DNA of 64,000 nt from Podospora anserina (taxonomy: Eukaryota). The position numbers were made by a program, and so were the translations under genes. The stretch covers positions 3,410,001 through 3,474,000 of the forward strand of contig CM030337.1 of NCBI GenBank assembly GCA_017654855.1. Direction: 5' to 3'. Shown here piece after piece: positions 1 through 14,556 of the stretch. The notes beneath the pieces were generated by a model. The model was given only the letters and a program-made list of their open reading frames with translations. It did no database searches and had not been told where the DNA came from. Positions within the stretch are counted from its first letter, which is position 1; each line of letters opens with the position of its first letter.

Positions 1-498
1 CCGTTGTATTTATGAAGAATTGATAAACTGACTCCCGTTCCTATTTTTCCTGGGGCACCATGCTCCAGACATCGTCGTCGTCAACATCGAATTCTAGGCC
101 TTTGGCTGTCACTATTCATCACACATTGATACTTTGAGCATTGTCTACATGGGGAAAGGCTTGGCCACTTGGTGGTGTACACCCCTGAGCATTGAGCGGC
201 ACGGTGCTCTACGGGCCGTCCCCAGGGTTTACACTAGCCTCGGCTACAACGAGCATTGGCTGGTTTGGGAAAGGCGTATCCTACCACCGGAAGTCTTCCA
301 ATACCAAGGTATTGGGTTACACCGCCGTGGTTCGCGAGCTGCCAACTTCTGTGTATGACAAATCCAAAGATGAGGTCCATGAAAGAAGGGCAAAGTCCAG
401 ATTTAGAAGATGATGAAAAGCCTCGATTTGCAGTAAGGGGAAAAGCATTAGTTTGCCCCAGCTGGATCCGCTCCATGGTGCACCACCAACACACCATA

Positions 499-2724
499 TC
501 ACTGTCTACCCCCACTAGCTGAATAATACCTCCCCAACCCATCATCATCCACTCTACCTCTAGCTCGCTCCTCATCCCGCATCCAACTAGTCCCCATCGC
601 ATTCCCACCTCCTCTCCCATCCGCAACCGGTGGTGGCCCCCCAGACACACCCGCAACCTCCGCCCTCGCCAAAAACGGCGTCAACACAACCGGATCACTC
701 ACCGATCTCCCCCCACCCATATCCATCGGTCTCGACATTTGCTGCACCATCGAGGGCCCAGGTGCAACTCCCCTTGCAGCTTGAGATCTCAGCGCCGCCG
801 GTCGTGGCATAGCAGCCGCTCTATACCCTTGAGAGGCAGCCGCAAGCGGTATACCAGGTACGTTCGCAGCAGGAAACTGACCTGGAACCACAGGAACAGG
901 CGGGATCGCGTCCTGAGACATGGAATGTACAGGGTTGTAAGCATCATATCCTGCTCCATGACTCCACAACTCCGGCGAGGTAAAGCCCGGTGGTGGGATA
1001 GGATCAAGTCTGCCCATTGATGCTGCTCGCACCAGGGGACGTTGCTGAGCTTGTGCCGGCATAGGCGGGGATGTGTAATACGGTGTTGTCTCGGCGGGAA
1101 CCATATCGATTTGGGAGGATTGGTGGGAGAGAGGCTGGTTGGGTACCTCTAGCTCTTGTACCGAATATGACGAGGGAGCAGGATGGTAGCGGGGTCGTTG
1201 TGTTTCCGGGGGTGTCCTGATTGATGCCTCTGCCCAGAGAGAGGAACCATGAACAGACACCTCGTCGTCATGTCCACGAACGGATCCGAGTCCGCCGGCG
1301 CCGGGAGTCAAGGTGGCGGAGCTCGGACCAAGACTCGGTAGCTGTGGGTTATACGCGAGATGGTAACCGGGAGGGTCTTCGGTTCCGTAACGGGGCTTGG
1401 CACCCTCATACTTGTCTCGTAGCTCTTGTATGCAAGCAAGGGCCGCTTGTCGTTTGTACTGTGGGCTAACCGTGGCCAAAGACCTTGCCAGCGGGCCGGA
1501 CTCCAGAGACTTGTCGAGGTCTTCTTCGATCTCATCCATGATCTCCCGAAATGGTGGGGATTTCTTTCTTCTCTGGTTTGTCCGCTCTTGAAGCTTTTGC
1601 AAGACGGCAGATCTAATGTCTGACATTACCAATTGCTGCTGATTCCCCTCTTGGTCATAGCCACCAGTTGTCTCCCGCGCAGCGAGCCACATCGCGACGA
1701 GAAACAAAATGCTGAACAGGCCGTATGGAATGTCAATGGCGGCCATGTTGCTCTCTGCAGTCGAGGGTGGGATGTATTGCGGAGTACCAAAAGAAGGAAC
1801 GCAGACAGTGTCCCCTGAGCCAATGTGATTCTCGAGACACAGCTGGGGTGGTTTCTCGGTCTGTGCTTTCAGCACCACTGCCACCTCAGCCAGGGACCGG
1901 GCAAAGAACATGGCGAGTGCCCCCCACAAATACCACCTTTCCTGTAGGATAATGTTAGCAAATGCCTTCAATTGGAATTGGGATGACATACAGCAGAGTG
2001 TTTCTCATGCCCCCACGAACCAAAGAACCGATAAACCCCCAACATGGCCATGCTCGCAACCCATACAAGAACAACGGTTGCAATCTCAAATGAAGACCCT
2101 CTTGCCGCAAAATGCACCACCGGTACCAAGCTTTCATACTTCACCCAGACCAAAGAAAATGCGAAATAAAACACAAGGTACAAGACGGACACCAGGCTGA
2201 TTACAAAGAAAACACTCTTTGAAACAAACCACCAGACTCTTTGCCTTGACGAGTCAGGCTTCCTGTCCCCAAAACGTTTCCACAACACATTGTATGTACC
2301 CCACACGAGCAGCAAAGTCGACGTAACATGCAACACGTCATAGATGGGGCGAGCAGTGACATACTCATACTTGACTTGGCTGTTCCCGCTCTGGCGCATC
2401 CAGCGATCGATCATGGTCAAGAAATACCACCTTCACAGCAACAGTCAGCCAACATAATGACTCATGTCGGCGCGGTTCAACTTACAGTGTTAATAGCATT
2501 GCCCCAAGCGCAACAGGCTTGAACTCGGGCCAGGCAGGTTTCCATTCTCTTTTCCCGAGATGAGGCAGTTGAAATGTGGGAAGCAAACGATAGAGCAACC
2601 ACGTGAAGGTCACACTGGCCAAGAACCAGACAGTGTCGAAAACGGCGACATGTAGTGGAAGTCCTGCCGGGAGCGGCTGTGGTGATATTGAGGAAAGTGT
2701 GACATTTTGCAATGGTTGTGACAT
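499..2724 (-). CDS. Seven-transmembrane (GPCR-like) protein with long Pro/Ala/Gly-rich cytoplasmic tail, 3 exons
   Basis: ORFs 2482-2826, 1968-2420 and 499-1989 join via GTAAGT..GCTGAC..AG and GTATGT..GCTAAC..CAG introns. ATG (MSQPLQ) at 2724. Seven hydrophobic segments counted by eye. Confidence 0.7.
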
Positions 2725-3165
2725 CCCGTGGTTGTGTCGAAACGTGGTAAATGGTATGATTTGTGGTGTTTTGAAGCCAAAGGCATCCCAGCACCACGCG
2801 AAGAACGAGGACCTTTGGTGACACAAGTCTGAGTCAACCCCACGTCAGGTTTTGCTGTGCAAACCCCCCCCAATATACCTCGGCCCCTGAATATTGCTGT
2901 CTTTGATGTACTGGTACAAGCCAAGACCAGACAGAGCCTTGTGCAATGTAAGATGGCCCCCTTAACCAGAAAGAGCGCCTTGCAGGCACTGGCGGGCGCC
3001 AACAACGCAGCCACACGGAGATAGTTTTCAGCCGCTGGGATCATGGGCGCGAAAACCTGATCCTGGCGAAACACGGCCAAGGCGCCGAAAAACTTCAGAA
3101 ATGAGTCTCAATAATCTGGGGCTAGCGCAATTGAGGGGCGTGCTCAATGTTTCTCATGTAACTGC

Positions 3166-4607
3166 TCAATCACGGGTCTTCAATGGAATAACCTTCCCCT
3201 TCGAGATGACCTGCTCACGAGTCAAGTCTTCCTTCCCGTTACCAATCCTCATCAAACCTGGCTGCGTCATCATGTCTACAATGACCTTGACTTCCTCGGA
3301 GTGACCTGTCTCGTCTTCAAAGATGTGCTTCAGCTGAACGATGTCACCACGTGAACATGCCACCAGCATTACACGGGACCGCTGTGACCCCATTTGAAGT
3401 GCTAACACGCCTGCATCACGTACCACGGTCCAGATACGTTTGTTGACTTGTGAATCCAATGCTTGGCCACTCCATTGCTGAAGAGCCCGCACCAGGTCCT
3501 CGGTGACTCGCTCTATGTTTTGTCGAAAATATGTTGTGAATGCCTTCTCATCGGTGCTGTTGTTCCCGCGGAAGTCTTCCAGAATGCGTTCAAACAGGAA
3601 TCCTCGTCCCTCATTCATTTTGGCCTTTTGTTGGTTTGTTAAAATAGAATCATCAGGGTCTGTAAATTCATCAGCTTCATTCCATACTGATATCGGCCAC
3701 CATAGAACCCACCATCAGCAGCCTGTACTCTGATCGCCTCAGAAAAGTGTGCAAGGATAGCATGCGCTTCTCCTTCAACGCCAAAGATGCCAAATCCCAA
3801 TGGATACTGATAGAACCCGTGCAACAAGTGAGTCCAGCACACGCTCCGAATAAATCTGGACCATCCCCTTGTGTCTTGTTGCTGTTGCATCGGCTTGGGA
3901 ATGTGGTCCACAATCTTCAACAGCTGTTGCGACAACGACAGCAATGAGGTCCGGAAAGCTTCATCAGAAATGACGGCGTCATCCTGTGAGGTGTATTCGC
4001 CGATTCTCTCCTTCAGATCATCAATCTCTATCCGCAATTTCTTGACAGCATCCTCATGTTTCGTATCCTGCTCTTCCATACTTGTTTGGTACCTCTTTTC
4101 GTTCTTGGCCAATGTGTCATTGTGCGTCCATTTCATGTCGGCGATTGTTTGGTGAAGGCGCTGGTTCTCGGTCTTGGCCTGATACAGAGCCTCCTCGCAC
4201 TCTGCCAGAGCAGCGTTATCCCGCTCGTAGAGTGCTCTGTAGCGATCTCGCTCCTGTGATACTGTGTACCGTTCCCTTGTAATGCGGTCCACATCTTCAC
4301 GGGCGGACCGCTTAATGATTGCGATCTCGTTGTCCTTGACGAGCAGAGTGTTGTTGACCCATTGGAGAACATTTGTGAGATTGTCGAGACCTTCCTGCTG
4401 GGGTATGTTGTGTTTTGTCATGAACCTGGAGATCTTTTCCTTGGTGTCATCGACAGGTATCTGACGAGCACGATCATGGCTAGGATCCCCGGGCGCAAAA
4501 TAACCCTGAGGCGGCGGCTGAGATTGGGGAAATGATTCTTGGTATGTGGGACCATGGTGTCGTCGAGGTCCCTCCGAATGGTTTTTTTCTCGAGTCCCAA
4601 AGCACAT
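3166..4607 (-). CDS. Coiled-coil hypothetical protein, 2 exons
   Basis: ORF 3639-4607 has a charged, heptad-like central region. A GTGGGT..GCTGAT..CAG intron (~3661-3713) joins it in frame to ORF 3166-3618 (DPDDSILTNQQKAKMNEGR). Confidence 0.75.
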
Positions 4608-5055
4608 TTTGATGTTTTGGAGAGGTGATTCCAGGTTGTTGCATTTGCTTTGTAGTTGTCTGGGGCACCTCAGCTAACAGTGGAAGGCGGAAGCGCTGTC
4701 TGGAAGGTCACGTTGGTGGAGTGCAGAGAGGCGCCCCCCATGCTGCGCAACATGAGCGGCACCTGCAAGCGCTACCTACCTGGTTTTGGCGGGGGTTTTG
4801 CTGCCCAGTAAAATCCTCCCGCCATCCCGTGATCATTCAACTCAGGTGCACATTGCATCTCGAGCAAGACGTTCAGTTTTCCCGAATACATAATTTTCAA
4901 ATCGCATTCTTCTCTTTTGCTACATTTCCGTTTGATTTCCCCTCCAACCTGCAAGCTATGTACACGATCCAAACTATCCACCCATGAAGGCTTCTTGCTA
5001 ACCGCGATAATCCCAGTTGAGTACATCCCCAACTCGTCCCAGTGCCTATGGTTCA

Positions 5056-6264
5056 CTAAGCCTCAACTTCCTCGTTCTCCTCAAGGGGGAATCCGGGAGG
5101 GGGAGTCCATCCAGGAGGAGGAGTCCAGCCACCTGGAGGACCACCGGGACCGCCAGGACCACCGAAACCAGGGTTGGGGTTGGCAACGCCACCTTCCTCT
5201 CCAAGGTAGACAGCAGGATTAATCTTGTTGCTGACAGAGGTGTCGATACCGAACGACAGCCAAGCGAAGAGACCATCCTCGACCGAGTCGCCAAGAAGAG
5301 TGTACTCCATCACCGGGTCAACTGCGCCAGCCGAGCCCTGGGCGAGAAGGAAGTCCTGAGCATTGGTGGTCAAGGGCTGACGGTTGGTGTTGTACGGGGC
5401 CGTCTGCTCAACAGCGGTAATGAGATCCTGGTCGAAGTAAGCCTGGCCAATGTGGCTAGCATAGTTGTCATGACCTAGGGTCTGGTTGGGCTGGAGGGTG
5501 GCGTTGGTGTGAACCATGATGTGGATATGGGCAGTACGTCCGGTGTAGTGGCCGGGGAAGATGGTCTGGAAACGGGCAACTCCATCCTCATCGGTGGGCT
5601 GGATGCCACGAAGCCAGGTGTTGTGGATGTTGGAGGCATCAGCGGTGTCGCCGTTGCCGCCGGCGATGACACCGCCATACACACCAGTGGCGTTGCAAGC
5701 CCACGCCTCGAGGTAAACATTGGGAACAGGGTCGCATGTGTCGACGTCGATGACTTGGTAGTCAACAAGGAGCTCAACGCCTTCCTGGTCCTCAATGAGG
5801 TTTTCACGCACGTATTCGCCGGCAACATCTATTGTTGTTCATGTCAGCTGAGATGACTCTTTCATCACGGATAGTCACCATCACTCACAGTATGGGCCCT
5901 GGGTGACCTCGGGGCTCAGAATGCAGGAGTTGATGCCCGCAAAGAGGGTTGCGCTATCGGTGTTGGGGGTGTAGCCAAGGGAGGTCTTGTTGTGGCTCTT
6001 GGCCAAGACATCGCCGATATCACGCTTCTTGATGTTTCTCTTGCGACGAGCCTCTTCGACCTGAGCCTTACGTCTGGCGATGTTCTTGGCCTCGATGCCG
6101 CGGGCGCGGAGCTTCTCAGCACAGTGGCTCAGATCAGTCCGCTTAGCGTTGGCGAGGAACTCCCGTCGTTCGGCAGCCTCCTGGGCGACATCGTGGCCTG
6201 GATGGGCGCTGGCTAATCCTACCAGGACAGCAAGGCCAGTGGCGGCGGCTTTGGTGAAATGCAT
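5056..6264 (-). CDS. Secreted intradiol ring-cleavage dioxygenase-like protein, 2 exons
   Basis: Signal peptide MHFTKAAATGLAVLVGLASAHPGH. Motifs TQGPY, WACNATGVYGG, LRGIQPTD, TIFPGHYTGRTAHIH. One intron ~5831-5887. Confidence 0.9.
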
Positions 6265-7710
6265 GGTTGAGATAGATGAGTGGACAAACCCAAAGTAAGT
6301 TGATCTCTGAGTCTGAGATGAGCGGAACAAGAGCAAGAAGGCTTCTCTTGGCTGATATACTTATACATGTTCAACTCATACCCGTCCTCCTTGCCGTTAG
6401 CCTTCCCGCCACGCATATCGTCTATCTTGCTACATAATCTACGCGACACTTCCCTGCCCGAACTGGAAGCCAAGTCGCATGAAGTTGAAGCGAAAGGGGC
6501 ATATAGCCGCTAACCGAGCAACCGACTGCAATGACGCAGCAGTTTCTGGTATGGTGAAGCCATCTTCGACCTATCAGATGCGAAGGGTAACCAAGCATTG
6601 CCGGGCCCTCAAGGTGTATAGAGCATCCTCAATCAAAATGTCTTGGTATGTGGTGGATTCAGGGGTTCTACACAGTAAAGTGGACGCGCAATCCAGTGGA
6701 GCAACGCGGGGCATCGGCTTGCATAGAACCTCCCACATCCCGAGCTCAACTGCCATTTTTCGAACCGGGTAAAAGAACAAGCTTGGAAGATGGGAGCCAG
6801 GGTGGTGACAGTAACTGGTCGAAACGGAAGGTTGTATTCCGGCGCCGCGCGATCCCACAAGCCGGTGGTAAAGATTCTAGCAGGACGACGGCGGCTTGGA
6901 AACTCCTGCCGGCTTCAGCATGTTGAGCGGCGGCCCTCTTGTCGAATTCGCGGCGAGGCCCGCTTCTGGTGACACCGGAGGTGGGGGGCCGTTGAACGTG
7001 CGCAGGAATAAGCAGCATGTTATTCGTTCTTATCAGTACGTGAGGAGCTTCTCGCTGAGTTCTAGATCCCCGAAAAGCTTATTTTCTGGTAGTTGAAGAT
7101 GAGATCTCACTGCCATGGAGGGCTTTTGCGGGCAAGATACACCTAGGAATGCCGCTCGACAGTGAACTGCAGGGCAACACCCCGCACGGCGTTGGTGTCC
7201 TGAAGTGGAAACTGCGATATTTGTGATATCACAAGGAAATGGAAGTCGTTTTGTTTCGGCCAGTGCAAGAAACCCCCCAATCCTGATAGACCTGGGTTGG
7301 TGTTGGGTGGACCCATTTCATGTGTGTAAGTGCAAGTCGGCAAGTTCCATGATCGGTTTGACAACACCACACAGAGAACCCAGCAAATCCAAATTGTTCT
7401 CGAAACAGTTGTGCAATGTTCAGACTGATTGATCAGGCTCAGCTACGCGCGGGGGACAGTCGCTTGTCGCCAATGAACTGGAAAGGCGCACTCCCAGTCG
7501 AATTAGAATTAGCGCTGGCAAGTAGGCTGCCGCCATGCAAGCCACTGGCACTGCCTACCACCTGACCATTTGGGGGCTCGAATACCATGTCAAACCTCAG
7601 CTGGCATGCTGCCTGAGTGACAGTCGCACACAAGAGCCGAAGTTTCTTTGCACATTCATCATCCCGCCCTACACTGGGCAGCACCTCTTTACGCCAAGAG
7701 GCCCTCGATC

Positions 7711-10221
7711 ATGTCTTCAACAAGTGGTCAGAGGTTCTTGATCTGTGTCGACTATGGCACCACCTACACCGGTCAGCCTTCTTGGTCCGCACTGCGGGGC
7801 ATATCCGTATGAACTTCGGAAACTGACCCCTTTTAGGAGTGGGATGGATTCTCACCCACAGGACCCGCCCTTCTCAGCTCAATGAGCTCAACATTGTGAA
7901 AAGATGGGGCGCTATTCATCGCCCGGAGACATCCCAGGTCATCGGCCCCAAAGTTCCTTCCATCATCAGTTATTCAGGAACATCCGGCCGGCGGTGGGGT
8001 TACGGGGTAATTGGAGATGCTGATTCTCACATTCTACAATGGACCAAGTTGGAGATGGAGCCACCCACTCGTCTCGAAGCACTGTCCCGGCTCAAGAGAA
8101 CCCTGGAGGCGACGCGTGGCCCCGTGTCACACAGACAGCATGCGTCCTCGCTTGTGCAGGGGATCCCGCTCCATTTGATCAAGTCGACCGAAGACGTGGT
8201 TGCCGACTATCTGACTGAAGTTGCTCAGTGCGTTCGTCAGGATATCGAGACTGTTCAGAGAGATCGAAGGGTCATTGGCGACTTTCCCATCGAGATCATC
8301 ATTACGCACCCAGCAGTAAGAGATGCTGGCGGGCATTTGCGTCAAATTGTGATAAGCTGACAAGACAACCAGATATGGCACCCGCGCGCAATGAACACCA
8401 CCTTCAGAGCGGTGAACACTGCCTTCAAGAGAATCTTTCCTGAATTCGAATCAAACCCGGGGAAGGTCAGACTTACCACGGAATCGGAAGCATGTGCCCA
8501 GTACATCATGAAGACATCTACAAGCGCGCATAAACGTCATCTCAGACGGGTATGAACACCCGTGTTTTCTGTTTTGCCAAAAGCCAATACTGACGCGTCA
8601 TCCCACAGGGAGCATGCTTCGTGGTTGTTGATGCCGGAGGCGGGACAGTTGACCTTGTATCCTACCGCGTGGACCAAGACACGCCCTCTTTCCAAGTCAG
8701 TTTGGTGACTGAGATGTCCAGTAAGCTTTCTCTTTTGCTGCAAATGTTCTGATGCTAACGATGAGACAGGCGGACGTTGCGGTGCGACACGGATAGATGA
8801 CTATTTCATTAAACGCTTTCTGCCCCGCCGCCTTACCCCGGATGACTACCGCAAAGTAGTTGAAGATGCTGAGTCCAGCTTTGGCAGCGGACCACATGTG
8901 CTCTTTTCAAGACGGCAACAAGCAATGCTCGAGAGCTTCCAGTTTGCCAAACACAAGTTTGCAGGTGTTGGTACTGAGGATGAGGAGTTCCGAGTGTTAC
9001 TTCCTGGCGACCTTGACATACCGGACAATCCTGAGAGAGGGATCTCGAATGGAAATCTGCAGATTTTGCCGTATGGTCTCCCAACATCCATCATGACAAG
9101 GTCAAAATATTAATAGGAAGATAGTGAGGACATGGAGCACATGTTCCAAGAAACCGTCGACGGCACCGTGAACCTCATCAGACAGCAGATCACGCAGCTC
9201 GAAGTCAAGAACCTTCGTGTATCAGCCGTATTTCTGTCTGGGGGTCTTTCAAGAAGTGAATATCTTTTCAAAAAGGTTGAGTTGGAGATTGGGCACCAGT
9301 ACCGATTACCAGTGTTCCGAGGGCAAGAGGGGTAGGTCTTGACCGTCTCCCGTAGATCTCGGTGTCTCTGGCTAACAGCACTTCAGCGACAAAAGCAGTT
9401 GGACAGACGTTGTCATCGGCGCAGCAATCCTGGGGCTCGGGATGAACTGCGAAGTCCCACCCGCGTGTGCCGAATGCCCATACCACATAGGAGTCCTTAT
9501 TTCCCAACAGTTTCACGAGTACGAGAACGACGAGAAGCAGGCCTACACGGATGCCATTGGCCAAAGCATGCGCGCCAAAGACCACCTCAAGTGGATTGCT
9601 GCAAAGGGAGATATGATTACACAGCCGGATGGCATCAGCAAAAGTGTGAAGCTTGTGAGGAAGATTCTTAAGCTGAATGACCAGGTGCTGAAAGGTTCTT
9701 GCACCGTCGTCATCTCCCATGATTCCAAGCAGGGCGACAAGCTTGAGGGTAAGCAAATGCTCAGTGTTGTTCATCTCGGCACGTACTGACGCCCGTACCT
9801 AGACATCCAAAACCTTCAGAAGGTCCAACTCAACTACGACTTGGCCACCCTTTCCACTGCCGATAAAGCCAAAGTCATCCGCCGGAACACCGACGAAGAC
9901 ACCAAAACACAATATCGGCAAGTGGAATTGGAGTTGGTCGTTACAGTCCGCGAGGAAGTTGCGGCTTTTCAACTGTATGCTGGCCAACCGGGAAGAATCT
10001 CCATCGCGGAGGCCGCCACAGATCGTAATGGGCAGTTCATTTTGGGAAACGCTGGTAGCCAGAGAGAGCAGCACCTGCCCGTCGTACCAGATAATGATTC
10101 AGCATCAGGAGCGGGATCGGACCCGAATCAGGAGTCGACAAGCTCCAGGCAGCCTGGGCAGGGACGTAGGCCCATCTACGACACTGCAGAGAGCAGTAGG
10201 AGCAGGAGGGTTTACGTGTGA
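7711..10221 (+). CDS. Hsp70-like actin-fold ATPase (fungal HSPA12-like), multi-exon
   Basis: ATG 7711 gives MSSTSGQRFLICVDYGTTYTG (phosphate-1 motif). Later exons carry KVPSIISY, IIITHPA, VVDAGGGTVDL, VFLSGGLSRSEYL and VVIGAAI. Several canonical introns, the first at 7772-7836. Confidence 0.85.
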
Positions 10222-10840
10222 AAGAGTTGACTCTCAGGGTACCATATACCTACATCCCTTTCACAAACCGCCTAGACTTTGAACTCTGTCATCCCGAGTA
10301 TCCCTTATGTCACATACGGCACTGGATAAACTGTTCAGGAGTCCGGCCTCTTTGTCACAAGGGGAACATCTTTCAGTTAACTTTCTTCCCATCACCTGTT
10401 GAAAGAGTCGAATTGTTACAGTGTGTTCAACTAGGCCTGCCGACGATCAATTTTTAGCAACACGCTATCATTGCCTTTCCTGAACGTCGTCCGAGGTGAA
10501 AAAACCCTCACAAGTCTGTGTCTGGTGGGCAAAAGCCGCAAGACGTCGAGGAGCTATCATTAATATCTCTTCTGCATAAATACCCGGCTTTTCTACCTCT
10601 GTCGTTGTGGTATTTGATAATAACATTTCGAACAATCGACTCTATAAAACAAGGCAGCAACAAATTACCCCCCTTAACTATTTAAACCGCCTTAAATTTC
10701 CTATCACGGTTGACTGCCTTTGCAATGCCATGTTAATGCAGACTTTCCATACTGCTCCCGAGCGGCAAATGTGTCCGTTGCGGTGTAAGGCTTCGGTACA
10801 TTAGCCCTCGGTGTAAACACCCATCTTACTCGAGTCTAGA

Positions 10841-11680
10841 ATGAGCTGCGAAAAGACACAAACAGAGCTGTTCAAACCCTACCGCCACCAGCAAGTCCAA
10901 CCTGGTCTTCGGCTTCCTCCTACCAAGGGTACGGGACCCCAACCCCCCAGTATCCCCCCTCAAACAGTTACCGACTATCTACATATTCGCAACCACCACC
11001 ACAAAACCCGCTACAGGCGCTCGCCCCAGCTCCCTATGGATATGATCATGAAGCTAGACACGGGCAGGGGTCGCCACTTCAAGCTCCGCACCCAACATCT
11101 CAATCAGTGCGCACAACGAACACGTACTGGGCCCCACCACCTGCGCAGCTCATACGGCGTTTACAGGCCAAGCCGTCGCCGAGAAAGGAAAGGAAACACG
11201 GCTAAGCAAAATGGAATAAGAGATGCGAACCGACGGAAAAAGCGAGAAGAAGCGGGTTTGGTGTATATTTGTCTGAAGGACGAGAACAAGAACTATTGTT
11301 CTGCCGAAAGGTGTGAAGTGAAGACGAACCGTCCGGGGTCGTCCTGTAGCGCGTGCGCAGCAGCCAATGTTGGCGGCGTGGTTAAGTATCACCCTTTACA
11401 CCCTTGCTTTACAAAGGTATATGGATATGTACACCTACCTGACTCCTGTCATATGATTGTGCCGTGAAACGAGCTCAAGGAGGCTGAATACGAGGCTCCA
11501 ACTCCCGAAGAGAAGAGACAGTGGGATGAAGCTAGGGATATGCAGAAAAGGAGGGACATGGAGGTGGCCCAAGCCAAGAAAGAAGAAGAGAAGGCAAAAA
11601 ACCGAGAAGAGTTCAATTGAGTAATGCGAGAGGCTGAAGGCAGGAAACGAAAAAGACGAATTAGAAATGCCCTAAACTAC
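10841..11680 (+). CDS. Possible low-complexity hypothetical gene or pseudogene
   Basis: 208-aa ORF with a Cys cluster, plus a downstream Glu/Lys/Arg-rich segment that may be joined by an intron. No recognisable domain. Confidence 0.25.
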
Positions 11681-14556
11681 TGAGCTCAACACGGCGGCAA
11701 CCTGAAATACTTAAGTAAATTTCCTCGGGAGATACATACGACTGATTAGCCGATATAAGAGCGATGGGCCGGAATTGCAGTAAAGGGGAAGCTGAGAGAC
11801 AAAGGGTGGGGTTGCAGACATGGAGTGTAAAACAACAGCTGGACTGACCAGACACGGGAGTGTTTAAACTAGTCATTTTTCATTTTTTAAGGAATGGATT
11901 CGTAGTTATTACGACAAAATAATACTATCCAAAAGATCATGGGGAATTGGTGGCTTCTAAAATTCTTTGAATTAGCTTCTGGCTTTCCGTTTTATCTTTC
12001 AGCTGCGTATTCCGCATTGCCGGTAATGTGTGGCTTGTACGGGTGCTGGCCCATTGTGAAGCGTGGATCAGTCTCAATCTGCGTTATGGGTTTTGGAAAG
12101 ACTAAATCGAATCAAGAAAGGTTAGCATAGGTACGGTGCGTGTGTGACGAAAGTGTCAAGTTGGGCGGCACTTACTTGGAATGACAAGCTGGGGGAGTCC
12201 CAGAACCATACAGCAGACAACTGGGTCATAGGCAGACTCGGAACATTCACCTCTTCTGCTTGTCTAGGTAATGATGAAGTGGCCTTTTTCAGTTCACTTC
12301 AGAAACTCAGGTATGTATCGACATCTTCGTTTACACCACACTGTACGCCTGACGAGAGGCAGACTGAGGGAAATCCAGCATTGCGCCAATTCTTTCAGTC
12401 GTTTTGCTTTCCTTGAACCACGTGCCACCTAAATACTAGTTGTGACATGAAGTTACTTCACTGTCAGGCTCTGACTTAAGATTTGGCAACATGGTTTTCC
12501 CCATCCTGTAAAGCGACTGCCGGTACACCCCAGAAAAAAGACGTGGACGTCTTCATTGCCTCAAGTGCCTCCTATATCATATGGAGGGCCGCATTGACCG
12601 TGCTTAGGCACTACTCCGCCGTTCTATTCAACAATGACCATCAATTGACTTTCCTCGGATTATTTCGGAAACTACGGATATGTCACTGGGCGACAAACAA
12701 GGCCTGCTGATGATATACATGGCAACCACATCTTTGATTGAATTTTTCTAAGACATCGTCCTAAGGAATTGCCTCACAAGGTTACGTGGTGTGGGAGGTA
12801 TTACTCGCGGCGGATTGGTCAAGCAGGCTGCTCCAGGGCTTCGGCCCTTAGGCCCACTTATTGGTGTAGGATAAGGAAAGGTTTTTGCTCTCCGGAGCTG
12901 CTTGTAAAAGTATCTAAGAATATCATCAACTATTACACATCTCTGCAGACTCAAAGATCACCAGGTGTCGAGTAGTTACCGTCGAGGCTGTTTCTGTATA
13001 AATATATCAATTCCAGCTTGCTTTAACTGCTGGGGTAGTCGATGTCGATGTGAGCAACCCTCGATGTTCCACAACCAGACAACAAGCGCATTCCTTACCT
13101 TACACCATCTACTTACACCGCATGACTCTTTATACCTCGGTTATATAAGATAACATCTACTTACCCGGCGTTTCCTTGAAATGGAGTCTCAGCAGTGCCA
13201 GTGCAAAGCTCCCGTACCAGATGTGTATTACATATGCGTGACTTGTAGAGTAAGTCCCTGGCCCCAATACACTAGCACTGAACGCAAAAACATACCTACC
13301 TTATCCAACACAGCCCTTCATATTCGGAAACAACCCCATTTCAGCATCCATCTCAACAGGCGCCGTATTCATATTCGGCAACAAATTCCAGCTCGGAATC
13401 CCTCTCAACAGGCCACATATTCAACGGAGCCCTCGCATTCGACAACAACCCCAGCTCAGCCAGCCCAGAGAGACTGAAGCGAAAGAAAAAACTCGAATCT
13501 AAAGAATCAGCGAAGAAGGCAAAGCAAAAAAATGCAAATGCCCAGGGGCGCAGGTAGGCTCAGCAAGACGGCAACCTGGAGTACTTTAACGGAAGTGATC
13601 AGCAGGGTAGGCATACATCGTTCGCCAAGCTAAAAACAAGGGAAATAGGGCGGATGTAGAGAAATGAGGAAGGCGAAACGGCAAATACGGGGCCGCTGAT
13701 GACACGGGGAAGATAACATGGAAACCACCCAGCTGGTTTTGGGACTGGAGGGGGCACGTTTGTCGGTGTTGCGGGATATGAGTGGATTTGTGATGGATTT
13801 TGGTGGTTTATGATGTTGTGGAATTGCGGTTTTGAGTTTTTGGTTTCATGTTTAGTGGCTTTTTTTTTTTTTTGCAGCTCAAGGTTATTGGAGGATCAGC
13901 TAGTCTGGGGTTCTAGAGCACAGGTATATCTAGTAATCAATATCAAGATTGAAACATGTTAATGATCTCAATGGTTATGTCCCATCCTGTCAAGCATCAC
14001 TGTAAGTACCTACCTAACCACCTTATAACGGCGAGCTCATGAAGGTAGCAACAGGTATTCTCCTGCTATATCAAAAATCCCGTATATCAGTGGCTATCAA
14101 CTATCCTGTGAGACCCGGCCTCATTGAAGACCCCTATTGCAGACAAGGAAGTCAGAACAACAATTAACCCCTGTCCGGGACACTGGCAAGGCTCTGACCT
14201 GCGCCGCAAAGGGGGCTTGATGAGCTGAACCACCATTGGACACCAAATCAAACGGTATTGGCCAAGATTTGCCTGGACCACCTGCACTCTGCACTGTCAC
14301 CACCTGTCACACCCCACGATGGCTTAGTTTGGCCCCCAAAAGTCTGCAGCGTAACCGCCACAATTCATCCCAAGGCAGACTATCAATTCTGGGCAACATA
14401 GCACAAGTACCGGTACCTTCCTGGGGCTGAACCCCTAAACGCGAGATACCCCAAGATTGCACGACAAAGACTGTTACCTGACTTCCCACCTCCATCATTT
14501 CCAACCTCAAATTATCATCGCGTCATGGCACCAACCAAAAACCATGCACCGCGACA

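Noticed and set aside
1-420. Possible gene tail at the window start
   Set aside because: Short ORFs without recognisable motifs.
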